From positions 18,352,001-18,416,000 of the forward strand of contig NC_043022.1 of the NCBI RefSeq assembly GCF_006345805.1: a stretch of DNA of 64,000 nucleotides, given 5' to 3'. Each line of letters starts with the position of its first letter. The first letter of the stretch is position 1. The notes below the pieces were generated by a model. That model searched no databases and had not been told where the DNA came from. It saw only the letters and a program-made list of their open reading frames with translations. A program made the position numbers and the translations under genes. The DNA is from Octopus sinensis. Taxonomy: Eukaryota. Below, in pieces: positions 41,802 to 55,306 of this stretch.

Positions 41802-41805
<4 letters not shown>
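41590..41805 (+). mobile_element. RTE 3'-end fragment
   Basis: gtggcacgtaaaaagcacccactacactc...gacattaaacgatgatgat. Confidence 0.85.
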
Positions 41806-41829
<24 letters not shown>

Positions 41830-41835
<6 letters not shown>

Positions 41836-42315
41836 AACATCAATGGAATTTGTATCTTTGTGGTACCAGTGCCGGTGGCACACAAGAAAACCATCCGAAC
41901 GTGGCCGTAGCCAGTACCGCATCGACTGGCCTCCGTGCTGTGGGCACGTAAGAAACACCATCCGATCGTGGCCGTTCGTCAGCCTCGTCTGGCACCTGTG
42001 TCGGTGGCACATAAAAACACCATCCGAGCGTGGCCGTTCGCCAGCCTCGTCTGGCACCTGTGTCGGTGGCACATAAAAACACCATCCGAGCGTGGCCGTT
42101 CGCCAGCCTCGTCTGGCACCTGTGCCGGTGGCACATAAAATCACCCACTACACTCTCGGAGTGGTTGGCGTTAGGAAGGGCATCCAGCTGTAGAAACACT
42201 GCCAGATCTGACTGGCCTGGTGCAGCCTTCGGGCTCCCCAGACCCCAGTTGAACCGTCCAACCCATGCTAGCATGGAAAGCGGACGTTAAATGATGATGA
42301 TGATGATGATGATGA
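41830..42315 (+). mobile_element. RTE 3'-end fragment, same young subfamily as 31133-31700
   Basis: Nearly identical to the reverse complement of the big LINE's 3' end; has 60-bp internal repeats and a (GAT)n tail. Confidence 0.9.
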
Positions 42316-42412
42316 TATATACATACACGCACACACACATACACACATATATATATCGCTTTTAGGCTCATCTCAATAGATTTTCTATAGAATCGAGAGC
42401 CAGTACTGCTAG

Positions 42413-42454
<42 letters not shown>

Positions 42455-44214
42455 ATACATACATACATACAGTGTGTGTGTGTGTGTGTATATATTTTGA
42501 GTGTGTATGTGTGAGTGAGAAAGAGAAAAAATTAATCTGAAGTGTTATCTTAGTCATTACTCAACAACGTAAACAACCATCAATATAGCTACATAAGGAT
42601 GGGTGGAATGCAGGTGTGTTAAGGGTAGATAGGGTGTCCAAATATAGGAACAGCGAGGGGCCAACTAACAAACTTCTTTTCTTCTACTACATACTGAGAT
42701 GATGGAGGTAGTGGTGGTGGTGGTGGTGGCACAAGATAAGAAATGTCTTGGTTGGTGGGAATGGCTGAACTAATGGACTCCTGTCGTGCCTGGGGAAGAA
42801 TGAAAGGCTAAGTCCACCTCTGTAGAATATAAACTCAGAACACAATAGCAGAATGTTTGCTAGATATTACAAGATACTGCTGCCTGCTAATTTGACCTCT
42901 TTGAAAGCCCGATAGATCTGTCATTTTAATGAACTTTAATTACCTTTCTCTAATGATGTCTGAAAAGAAATAGCAATTTTAGCAAAACATATTAAGCAAC
43001 ACTAATAATAAATCAAAAATCATAAAAATAAACAAGCTTTTGACGGTTTTATAGATATTTCAAAAATTATGATGCTGTGATGCTAGGTGCTCCCATTATT
43101 TTGTCCAACCTCTGTATGTATGTATATATGCATCCTCACATCCATTCTCCTTCACTCCGCCAGTTACGACGACGAGGGTTCCAGTTGATCGATCAACAGA
43201 ACAGCCTGCTCATGAAATTAACATGCAAGTGGGCTGAATACTCCACAGACATGTGTACCCTTAACGTTAGTTCTCGGGGAGATTCAGCGTGACACAGAGT
43301 GTGACAAGGTTGGCCCTTTGAAATACAGGTACAACAGAAACAGGAAGATAGGGTGAGATAAAGTTGTGGTGAAAGAGTACAGCAGGGTATGCCACCATCC
43401 ACTGCTGGAGCCTCGTGGAGCCTTAGGTGTTTTCACTCAATAAACACTCTCAATGCCTGGTCTGGGAATTGAAACCACAATCCTATGACTGCGAGTCTGT
43501 TGCCCTAACCACTGGGCCATTATGCCTCCACTCCTCACATCCATATATTTATATATACATACCTATTTCTTTACTACCCACAAGGGGCTAAACATAGAGG
43601 GGACGAACAAGGACAGACAAAGGGATTAAGTCGATTATATCGACCCCAGTGCGTAACTGGTACTTAATTTATCGACCCCGAAAGGATGAAAGGCAAAGTC
43701 GACCTTGACAGAATTTGAACTCACAACGTAACGGCAGACGAAATACCGCAAAGCATTTCACCCGGCGTGCTAACACATCTGCCAGCTCGTCGCCATAGGT
43801 ATGTATATTTATATATACATACCTATGGCGAGATGCCCTTCCTAATGCCAACCACTCTACAGAGGGTTCTGAGTCTCACACACATATTTGAAAGACAAGA
43901 TGTGCCTTTATTTTTAATAAACATTTCACCCTCACTGGGTTTAACTCCCTGGAGACAGATAAAATGCAATATTAATCTGACTAGTTTCTTGTCTTCTTGG
44001 AGTTTTATCAGAAGGAAAATTACTCATTGTGCATCCACAGGGATTTCTTGCTTGCAGCTTTTCATTGATGGATGCAAATTTAGGAATAAATTAATTTATC
44101 TCATTTGCATAACTATGCTTGTCTTGATAATGTGGTTAACCCCTTTTCTTACCATATTTCTGCAGAAATACACTTTCAGTTGATTTTGAAAATAATAATA
44201 ATATTAATAATAAT

Positions 44215-44254
<40 letters not shown>

Positions 44255-45211
44255 CATTGTGTACAGTGCTCAGGTGCACTACAACTCATCTAAAGTGTAT
44301 GTATAATCAGGTGTAGTTTCGGCGGATTTCGGAAAGCATGAGGGCCTTAAAGAATATATTGACATAACTTTGTGATTATTAAATGTGGTTTAATGGTTAG
44401 GGTATTCAGCTGACGACCACAAGATCATGAGTTCAATTCCTGGCAGTGTGATGTGTCTTTGAGCAAGATATTTTATGTCATGGTGCCCCAGTCCACTCAG
44501 CTGGCAAAAATGAGTTGTACCGGTAAATTCAAAGGGCCAGCCATGTCGCATTCTGTGTCATGCTGATTTCCCCCTTTAGTATTTAAACCGGCCATACCCA
44601 GCCAAAATAGCTAATCTGTTTTCTGTTCAAACTGACCAGATCCAGGCTCTCACACCTACCCTACAATGTTATTCTACATTAAGTAATTACACCATCAAGA
44701 TCTTGAATATATGAGATAATGCATGATTAATTCAAATCAATGGGGATCAATAGGCATTATGTTTGATAGAATAATCTGAACACTAAAGGGTTAAGGGTAC
44801 ATAAGGGGCATCAGATGTGGTATGCAAGGGAGACAACTGCACTGGTATGGACAACGGACGTTAAATGATTGATGATGATGATGATGTGTCTGTGGAGTGC
44901 TCAGCCACTTGCAAATTAATGAGCAGGCTGTTCCGTTGATCGGATCAACTTGCATGCTTGTCACAATAACTGATGGAGTGCCAATTATGAAGCTGGTGTT
45001 TGCATCATTAATTAAACTGGAATTTTGATGGAAAGTTTTAATCTAGATCACTTCAACCCTTTTGTTGCCATATTTCTGCTGAAATACCCTGCCTTTGTTT
45101 CAGTAATTTTATATGTGGGGGTGTATACACGCACATATCAATACATACATAATTAAACATACATGTTCTCACACACATACACCCACGTTTGATATACAAA
45201 TATACATTTGT

Positions 45212-45562
45212 ATCATCATCATCATCATCGTTTAACGTCCGTTCTCCATGCTAGCATGGGTTGGACAGTTCGACCAGGGATCTGGGAAGCCAGAAGGCTG
45301 CACCAGGCTCCGGTCTGATCTGGTAGTGTTTCTACAGCTGGATGCCCTTCCTAACGCCAACCACTCCATGAGTGTAGTGGGTGCTTTTTACGTGCCACCT
45401 GTACTGGTGCCAGGCGAGGCTGGCATCGGCCACGGTCGGATTGGTGCATTTTACGTGCCACCTGCACGGAAGCCAGTCGAGGCGGCACTGGCTCCGGCCA
45501 CGATTCGGATGGTGCTTTTTACGTGCCACCAACACGGAAGCCAGTCGAGGCGGCGCTGGCTT
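45212..45562 (-). mobile_element. RTE 3'-end fragment
   Basis: (ATC)n followed by gtttaacgtccgttctccatgctagcatggg..., with internal ~60-bp repeats. Confidence 0.85.
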
Positions 45563-45602
45563 CCCAAACAGATTTCATCTTTTCGCATTCTATCTCACAC
45601 AC

Positions 45603-45638
<36 letters not shown>

Positions 45639-46245
45639 CAGAATGAGAAAGATGAAATCTGTTTGATATACAAATGTATATTTTGTATGAATGTACATTT
45701 GATGTGTTATGCATAGTATCTGTGTGCGTATGTGTGTGTCTGTACACACGATATTGTACTGATTGCTACATTGTCAAGAACATGTCTAATCCTGTCTGTG
45801 GTTGCTAGGATTCTCATCTCACCAGAATCCTCGAAGATGAAGGGGATGATGTTTTCCCATGTGCACCTACATCCTCTCTCACCCTACCTTCCACCTCCTC
45901 TCTCCAGCATTATATAGCAGTGTACATACATAAATGTGTGCATGTGTGTGTGTGTGTTGTGTGTATATATATAAACACATCCATGCACAGAAACATGGAC
46001 AGATGAAGAGATGAGCTTATTTATCAAAGTAAATATGTGAATACACATACACACACACATACATATATCTATATATGCACATATATGTTTATACACACAC
46101 ACATATATATATCTACACACATTTGGGGGTAAAGATTTACACTTACGTAGGCTGAACATGACTTTGCTCTCATTCCCCTCTATCACCCTGCAAGCTACAT
46201 ATACATATATGTACGTGATTGTATATAGGCATACATGCACATATA

Positions 46246-46284
<39 letters not shown>

Positions 46285-46613
46285 CAACCACACATGTGCA
46301 TATATATATGCATCATCATCATCATCATGGGTTAGACGGTTTGACCGGAACTTGTAAGCCAAAGAGCTGCACCCGGTTCGTCATATATACATACTCTTTA
46401 CTCTTTTACTCTTTTACTTGTTTCAGTCATTTGACTGCAGCCATGCTGGAGCACCGCCTTTAGTCGAGCAAATCGACCCCGGGACTTATTCTTTGTAAGC
46501 CCAGTACTTATTCTATCAGTCTCTTTTGCCGAACCGCTAAGTGACGGGGACGTAAACACACCAGCATCAGTTGTCAAGCAATGCTAGGGGGACACACAGA
46601 CACACAAACATAT

Positions 46614-46645
<32 letters not shown>

Positions 46646-46914
46646 TATATATTAGCAATTAAGGACAACTACTTAATAAGGAAACTTAACAAGAAATTGT
46701 CAGTAGAAGCGTGAAAACCTCATAAGAGAAAAAATTTCGAAATATTATTTCTTATTGAACATATTAATTTATATATAGAGGGCATTATACATACATGCCA
46801 GAAGGCATTCTACATACATGCCAACACGCTAAGAGGGACAATTAGTCATTTCTACCAAAAATATTACTAATCCCACCGAATGCAATTTTTCAAAGTAAGA
46901 CATTTAAAAAAAAT

Positions 46915-46991
46915 AGACCTGTATCACAGTGATTTCATACTTACGTACTCATCAGCAGTATCACAGTGATTTCATACTTACGTACTCATCA
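46915..46991 (-). ncRNA. Hammerhead copy with intact CUGAUGA/GAAA core plus a tandem second core
   Basis: Minus strand ...GGUGAUGAGUACGUAAGUAUGAAAUCACUGUGAUA-CUG-CUGAUGAGUACGUAAGUAUGAAAUCACUGUGAUA-CAGGUCU. The second core is canonical with a 3-bp stem I; the first lacks C3. Confidence 0.7.
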
Positions 46992-47070
46992 CCCATGTGC
47001 TTCGTTGATGTTGATCAGTTAGCTGATCGGCTTAAGCGAGGCAGGGTCGTTGTTTATTTATAATACATTC

Positions 47071-47117
47071 AGGCCTGCTGATGAGTACGTAAGTATGAAT
47101 CACTGTGATACAGGTCT
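47071..47117 (+). ncRNA. Minimal type I hammerhead ribozyme (sense to host pre-mRNA); one A of GAAA missing in this read
   Basis: AGGCCUG-CUGAUGA-GUAC-GUAA-GUAU-GAA-UCACUGUGAU-A-CAGGUCU: 7-bp stem I (AGGCCUG/CAGGUCU), 4-bp stem II, palindromic stem III, AUA cleavage triplet. Confidence 0.7.
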
Positions 47118-47521
47118 ATTTTTTTTAAATGTCTTACTTGAAAAATTGCATTCGGTGGGATTAGTAATATTTTTGGTAGAAATGACTAATTGTCCTCTTA
47201 GCGTGTTGGCATGTATGTATAATGCCTTCTGGCATGTATGTATAATGCCCTCTATATATAAATTTATATATATATATATATATATACATATATACGGCAG
47301 GCTTCTTTCAGTTTCCGTCTACCAAATCCACTCACAAGGCTTTGGTCGGCCCGAGGCTATAGCAGAAGACACTTGCCCAAGGTGCCACGCAGTGGGACTG
47401 AACCCGGAACCATGTGGTTGGTTAGCAAGCTACTTACCACACAGCAACTCCTGCACCTACACGAGCATGCATGCACACATAAGCGCATACACATGCATAT
47501 ATGAATACATGCATGCATTTC

Positions 47522-47818
47522 TTGGGTTGTCAGATTAAATATGCTTGTTTTATTTTTACCATTTATTTAAATCTTCAATTTTCATCAACATTTTTGACAA
47601 ACCCATCAATATTGTATTCTCCGTCATTATTCACAACTTCTTGATAATATTCTATATTCCACAAGCTTGTCAACGCTTGGACAGTATAAATCATTGTGTC
47701 TCGACTCCAAGAATTCATCAAACCATGTTTTTAACTCCATGTCATTGTTAAAAAGAAACACATCAGGAACTGTTGGTGAGCAACCGATTAAAAGTGATGA
47801 TCTAAATGCACTATACCA
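47522..47818 (-). mobile_element. Mariner transposase C-terminus and 3' TIR, interrupted by a LINE fragment
   Basis: Minus strand NNDMELKTWFDEFLESR...DKLVE...QEVVNNDGEY; TIR-like ttgggttgtcagattaaat at 47522. Confidence 0.7.
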
Positions 47819-47820
47819 GA

Positions 47821-48819
47821 AGATGGCGCTTCCACGAGAGATTTTGAGCTCTCATAAGGAGGCGAGTGTAGGTTCCATCCAACTGCCTCTCAAGCTTCTT
47901 TGATAATGTCCAGGTTTCTGAGCCATATAGTAGAATTGGTTCGACTGTGGCTTTGAAGATTTCAAGTTTGAAGTCTCTACTTAGATTTGATGACCAGATC
48001 TTATGCATGTCATTACAGGCTGACCAGGCCATACCCTTTCTAGTTAGAAAGTCTTTTCCAGATGATGATATGTATGATCCAAGATATTTGTAATCAGAAA
48101 CCATATTTAAGGGCGCATTGTTGAGAGTATGGATGATGCAATCACTGTTGGATAGGCACTTGTTTATGTATTCAGTTTTGGCCTAATTGAGGTAAAGACC
48201 TACACAATTTGAGGCTTGCAAATATATGGGAAACTACCACTTGTGTCATCTCTTGTGAAAGGTAGGAGAGTCCAGTTTGCTGGACATTGTTGTAGAGCTG
48301 AAAAATAGGTAATTTCTACTCTTCTCCTCTGGAAGCCATCTACTCGCAATACCAAATAATTTTCTTTTGCCATTTTTAAAAGTTGTATATATATATATAT
48401 ATACAACTTATAAACAAGGGCAAAAGAAATTTATTTGTATGCCTATAAGCTTGAGAGGCGGTTGGATGTAACCTACACTCGCCTCCTTATGAGAGCTCAA
48501 AATCTCTTGTGGAAGTGCCATCCATCCAAAATGCAAATATATGGGAAACTACCACCTGTGTCATCTCTTGTGAAAGGTAGGAGAGTCCAGTTTGCTGGAC
48601 ATTGTTGTAGAGCTGAAAAAGAGGTAATTTCTACTCTCCTCCTCTGGAAGCCATCTACTCGCAATACCAGAGGGCGCACACTCTCTTACCCTGATGTAAT
48701 CTCCAGGGATACAGGCATCCAGCAACAGGACCTCCGTAATGCCATGATGGACCGTGAAGTCTGGTGTAGCATGGTGAATTCCATTGTCTCGACCACGGTC
48801 GAACAATGATGATGATGAT
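47821..48819. mobile_element. Rearranged RTE-like LINE 3' part (second family): minus 47821-48200, plus 48217-48354 and 48447-48819
   Basis: GLYLN*AKTEY...DYKYLGSY...ILLYGSETWTL (minus); RRVQFAGHC...LLLWKP...DREVW (plus). The stop runs directly into a (TGA)n tail. Confidence 0.85.
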
Positions 48820-49062
48820 ACCTGAAGAATATGGTAGCTGTGAAAGAAGTTCCTAACAGAGATCTTAAATAGTGTTTTTGGTTAAATTAGTAATGTGGGG
48901 GGTGAGCATTTGCCATGTTAAAGAAGCACACCATGTCTCCTGATGAGTCATTACAGCTGGACTGCCTCATTGAACCAGAGCATTTGCTGAACATAAACCT
49001 CTGCTTTGTGGTTGTTTTCAAGCGTTTTGTTGGGGATTAGCCTTTCCCAGTCCCACCAATCA

Positions 49063-49281
49063 TACTCTTTTACTCTTTTACTTGTTTCAGTCATTTGACT
49101 GCGGCCATGCTGCAGCACCGCCTTTAGTCGAGCAATCGACCCCGGGACTTATTCTTTGTAAGCCTAGTACTTATTCTATCGGTCTTTTTTTTTTTGCCGA
49201 ACCGCTAAGTGACGGGGACGTAAATACACCAGCATCGGTTGTCAAGCAATGCTAGGGGGACAAACACAGACACACAAACAT

Positions 49282-49322
<41 letters not shown>

Positions 49323-49482
49323 TACGACAGGCTTCTTTCAGTTTCCGTCTACCAAATCCACTCACAAGGCATTGGTCGGCCCGGGGCTATAGCTGAAGAC
49401 ACTTGCCCAAGATGCCACGTAGTGGGACTGAACCCGGAACCATGTGGTTGGTTAGCAAGCTACTTACCACACAGCCACTCCT
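49063..49482 (-). mobile_element. SINE family A (full length)
   Basis: Reverse complement of family A. Confidence 0.85.
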
Positions 49483-50813
49483 ATCATAGATCATAGTCTT
49501 GTGGTCATGTAACTCTGGCTTGACTTGAGGTATAGCTTGCTTGTTGGGATTAAATCATTCTTTCCTCAGCTTCATATTGAAATAAAGACACTATTCATTT
49601 CCCATAAAAAAAAACAACCTTTGTTTGCACACATGAGTGGTTTGATGTTGAAAGAGCAAACTGGGGTTGACAGATAGAGGAGCGCAGTTGTTTTGTTTCC
49701 TTTGCGGTGACCACATGGTACCCATACACTTAGTTTCTGGACCTTACTCATCTAGTGGAGATGACAGACAATGGTATCACACAGGCGGGGAGCTGGCAGA
49801 ATCGTTAGCACGCCGGGCGAAATGCTCAGCAGTATTTCGTCTGTCGCTACGTTCTGTGTTTAAATTCCGCCGAGGTCGACTTTGCCTTTCATCCTTTCGG
49901 GGTCGATTAAATAAGTACTAGTTATGCACTGGGGTCGATCTAATCGACTTAATCCGTTTGTCTGTCCTTGTTTGTCTCCTCTGTGTTTAGCCCATTGTGG
50001 GTAGTAAAGAAATAGGTATCACATCCCATCTGCTGACACAATTTTCTGGTGGATTGGTGTGGGTCTTTGTGTAGCCCTTCCCAATCCCAACAAAAACAGA
50101 TCATTGGCTGTGAACGTAAGTGTGGGAAGGAAATTGGCTTAGCAGGTACAAATTCACATACAGTTCAAAGCGTTTTCATTGTCCTACAAAAATTTTAGTG
50201 GGTACATTCACATCCCCTGCCCCATCTCATTCCCTAAGAATCTAAGGAGTCCATAAGTAAAAAAAAAAAAGGGAGTGGGGTTCAGAATCACTGAACAAAA
50301 CTCTTTAGGGCAGTGCTCCAGCTTGACCATAGTCAAATAACTGAAACAAATAAACAAGCCAAAAAAAAAAAAGAAAAACAACCAAGCTACTTAACAAAGC
50401 TGAGATGACCCCCTCAATAGAATTACTGATCCTACATCCAGGATGGTCCCTGCTGTTAGACACACAGAGATCCCAGACTGCATCAAGGGAGAGGACACTT
50501 GATTGAATGACATAGAGGTCTCTTGTTAACGTAGTCTAGCCATTCCTCCACAGACATGCTGTCTCGGCTCTTTGCCTTTGCTCTCCCATCTCGCTTATGT
50601 CCACACACACACACACACACACACACATATTTACATGTACACACGTATTTACGTGTACATATATACACACACATATACACGTACTTATATATATGCATAC
50701 ATATTTATATACACAAACACACACATATATGTACGCATACACGCATACATATATTCACACATACACATATGCATGCATATGTACATTGCACACACACACA
50801 CACATTTACATAC

Positions 50814-50846
<33 letters not shown>

Positions 50847-53739
50847 TATACACACACGTATATATACATACAAACACATGCACTCACATATACATATACA
50901 GATACATACACACGGGTGAACACTGGGTATATGTACACAAATATACATGTATATCAAACATAGCATATATACCCCACCACACACACACACACAAACCACA
51001 CCGAACCAAACCCAACCTGGCCCACCCCCACACGCATGCACCCCCCTCCACCCCCACCCCCCCACACACCAGAAACAGATCAGCAGTGAATTCTGTCTTT
51101 GTAATCGGTACTTCTAAGAGAAACTGTAATCAATAAAAACCATAAACAGTTCTGAGATGTTAATAAGTTTTGTGGTGAGACGGGATGGAATGGCGCCATC
51201 GTTTCTTCTAGCAGACTTGGAGAATAAAACAAAAGCTTTCGCCAGCACCACCACCGCCGCCACCACCATCAGTGCCACTGCCACTATTTTAACCATCACA
51301 GTCATAATGTCCATTATGGACGGCACCGCCAGCGTTCCTCATCAGCATCATCATCATCGTCATCATCATCATTATTATCATCGTTGCAGTTTCTTGTAAC
51401 GAAATTCTGTATGTAATATATATTTAACAAAAGGTTATGCCACCACAACTACCACCAATACCACTGTTGCTGCAGCCACTACTACTACCACCACAAACAC
51501 TACCACCACCACCACCACTACTACCACCATCAACACTACCATCACCACCACTACCACCACCACTAATACCACCACCACAACTACCATCACTACTACCACT
51601 ACTACCACCAACACTACCACCACTACTACCACCATCAACACTACCACCACTACCACCACCACTAATACCACCATCAACACTACCATCACCACCACTACCA
51701 CCACCACTAATACCACCACCACAACTACCATCACTACTACCACCAACACTACCACCACCACTACTACCACCATCAACACTACCACCACCACCACTACCAC
51801 CACCACTAATACCACCACCACAACTACCATCACTACTACCACCAACACTACCACCACCACCACTACTACCACCATCGCTACTACAACCACTACTACCACC
51901 ATCGCTACTACCACCATCAGTACTACCGCCACCACTACTACCACCACCACCACATTTATTCTGTTGCTGTTACCACCATCACCATCTGCCATGTATATTG
52001 TTACCATCGCCCCCAGCACCACGTTCATCACCACCACCACTACCATCATGTTTTCTAACATCACCACCACCACCACCACTGCCTCCGCTATGTTCACCAC
52101 AACCATCATCGTGTTCATCAACAGTGCCACCATCGTCACAACCACCATCATCATCATCATAATCCTCAAACCCCATCACCATCATAACCACTGCCATGAT
52201 CATCATCAACCTCATCCCCATTATCTCCATCATCATCACCATCCCCATCACCATCTTCAATAAGTGTCGTTTAATCAAGCCAACAGGGGAGGCTTTACGT
52301 GGTCATAGAGCTTGCTAGATGTAGCAGCCGAACCTCACTCAGATCAGTCATACTGTTACTGTTTCAGAAAAAGAAACTGACATGTTAGATAACATGGACA
52401 TGTGTTCCTTATGCATAAGAGACCGACAGGATAGTCATGGTTGGAACTTCTTTCAAGGAAGGTCAGCTTGAAATGAATCTTGGATGCAGGGGTGCGTGAG
52501 GGTGGATGCTAAACAACAGCAATAACAGCTGTGTGATCATGATCACTACCACCACTATTTCCTCTCCACAAGTGACCATCACTACTATCGCCACTACTTC
52601 AATCATCATCATCATCATCATGTATATGGCTGTGTGGTTGTGAGGCTTAGTTTGTAACCATGTGGTTTTGGGTTCAGTCCCTCCATCTGGCACCTTGGGC
52701 TAGTCATCGTCTGCTTCTGCTATTGCTCCAGGCTGACCAGTGCCTTGTGAGTAGTTAGTAGTTGGAAACTGCGGCAGCCTGTCAGGTGTGTATGTGTGTG
52801 TGTGTATTTGGGGGAGGAGATGATGTTTGTCCTACCTCCCATTTAGTAACTGGCGTTGGTTTGTTTACATCCTCATGGCTTAGCGATTCCTCAGAAGAGA
52901 CATAGATTAAAAACCAGAATTTAAAACAAAAGAAAAAAAAAAAATCAAAAGTACCAGGGTATCGATTTGTTTGACTGAAAAAAAAGGAAGCCAATTTTAG
53001 GTTGTGCACCAGCATGGCCACAGTCCAAGGACTAAAACATAAAAAAAATATGCTTCCAGCATTATTACCACCACCACCACCACCACCACCACCACCACTA
53101 CCACCTTAACCATCATTATCTGTCACTGTCATCACCATCATCATCATCATCATCATCAGCATCATAGACAAGACCACTATCACCAACACCACTCCCCCCC
53201 CCACCACCATCATCGTTATTATAAATAAGAACTTCATTATAAACATCATGACCACATCATCATCATCATCATCAACAGGAGCACCATCACAACCCCCACC
53301 ATTACCATCATCACCATCATCACCATCATCATCATGACCGTATTCATTCATGTTTATTTGTATAGTTTCTTTTTCTTTTTTTTTTGTCTGTCTTTTTTTT
53401 CCTTTGTCATTTTTTTTTTTTTTTGCATTATATTATTCAATTATTATGTTTACCGATTTGTTGTTGTGATTTTGTTGGGTGGAGAGAGGGTCTAGTGTGG
53501 GTGTGTGTGGTTGGGTGTGGTGCTGACTAGTGGGGAGGCACAGTGGCTGTCTTATATTCTCTTTTATCATAAATGAGAGTGTTTAGCTTACTCCCCGAGC
53601 TGTGCTGACGGTAACTTATTGGAAATTTCTGTTTTCACAAAATTTAAACATAAAATATTGCACGTGTGTGTGTGTGTGTATGTATATGTATATACTTACA
53701 TATATGTATAAACGTATATTTATATATTTACATTATTTC

Positions 53740-53830
53740 ACTATTTACATGTATATATACACATACACAAATATCTAAACATATATATATATATAATTTC
53801 ACACACATACAAACATGTATGTACATATAG

Positions 53831-53877
<47 letters not shown>

Positions 53878-53975
53878 TATACTATTTACATGTATATATA
53901 TGTGCACATACACAAATGTCTAAACATATATATATATATAATTTCACACACATACAAACATGTATGTACATATAG

Positions 53976-54024
<49 letters not shown>

Positions 54025-54120
54025 TATACTATTTACATGTATATATATGTGCACACACACAAATGTCTAAACATATATATATATAATTTCACACACATAC
54101 AAACATGTATGTACATATAG

Positions 54121-54160
<40 letters not shown>

Positions 54161-54263
54161 ATACATATACTATTTACATGTATATATATGTGCACATACA
54201 CAAATATCTAAACATATATATATATATAATTTCACACACATACAAACATGTATGTACATATAG

Positions 54264-54312
<49 letters not shown>

Positions 54313-54402
54313 TATACTATTTACATGTATATATATATGCACATACACAAATGTCTAAACATATATATTTACACACACATTCAAACATGTATGTACATAT
54401 AG

Positions 54403-54442
<40 letters not shown>

Positions 54443-54560
54443 ATACATATACTATTTACATGTATATATATATGCACATACACAAATGTCTAAACATATA
54501 TATTTACACACACATTCAAACATGTATGTACATATAGATAGATACATATATACACATATA
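53740..54560. repeat. ~118-bp minisatellite built from AT/AC microsatellite, about 7 copies
   Basis: Anchors tactatttacatg, caaatgtctaaac and caaacatgtatgtacatatag recur periodically. Confidence 0.85.
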
Positions 54561-55098
54561 CATGTACAAATCTATAACTATATAAATACATATGTGTATG
54601 TGAATTCACACACATATATGTATGTATGTATGTATGTATGTATATATATAGAGAGAGAGAATTATCTACTTATATGTATATATAATTTCTAATCTCTCCC
54701 TCTCTCTTATATATATATATATCTATACACACGCACACACACACACACATATATAATATATATAAGTATTATATGCAGAAATCATGAATACACGTAACAG
54801 CCTTATCATATCTTATGTACAACAACCCCCTGCCCCCTCCACCAACATCATCATCCCCATCATCTCAAACTTCACCGGAACAACCATCACCACCACCACC
54901 ATCAGTGTCTTCACAACCATCATTAGCACGTTGCATCACCATGGTCATTGCCACCGCATCGCTGTCACCAGCAGCATCATCATCATCATCACCACCACCT
55001 CAGCTGCATTGTTCCAGATTTAATCCATGTCTTTGACTCTAATATCAAGACAACCAACACTTTGAGTTGAATTTACTAGATGAGCATAGGGTTGCGCT

Positions 55099-55140
<42 letters not shown>

Positions 55141-55306
55141 ACAAAGGGTAAAATTAATTAATTAAGAAGTAATCAGTAACTTCACCAAGTAGAATTCGGC
55201 ATGAAAAAGACCATTTCATGGTAAAATTAAGTAATACTATATAATTAGGGTTCAGCAACGATTTGCTTCACCACATACCGAAATATATATATATATATAT
55301 ATATAT

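Larger units (their letters stand above)
46651..47264. mobile_element. Penelope-like fold-back insertion inside a SINE's internal (TA)n
   Basis: Near-identical ~190-bp inverted arms (46766-46958 / 47075-47264), each with a hammerhead. The SINE halves at 46393-46625 and 47290-47457 flank it. Confidence 0.65.
46393..47457 (-). mobile_element. SINE family A split by the hammerhead fold-back insertion
   Basis: The 3' half (46393-46625) and 5' half (47290-47457) are continuous once 46651-47264 is removed. Confidence 0.85.

Noticed and set aside
48821-48870. CTGAAGA...GAAAG hammerhead-like motif
   Set aside because: Stem II is mostly wobble pairs and no valid stem III or stem I forms.
48940-48985. 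CTGATGAG followed by a GTC/GAC hairpin
   Set aside because: No GAAA follows the stem.
50400-50600. Minus-strand peptide KSRDSMSVEEWLDYVNKRP as a nested exon
   Set aside because: No convincing splice sites or recognisable domain.
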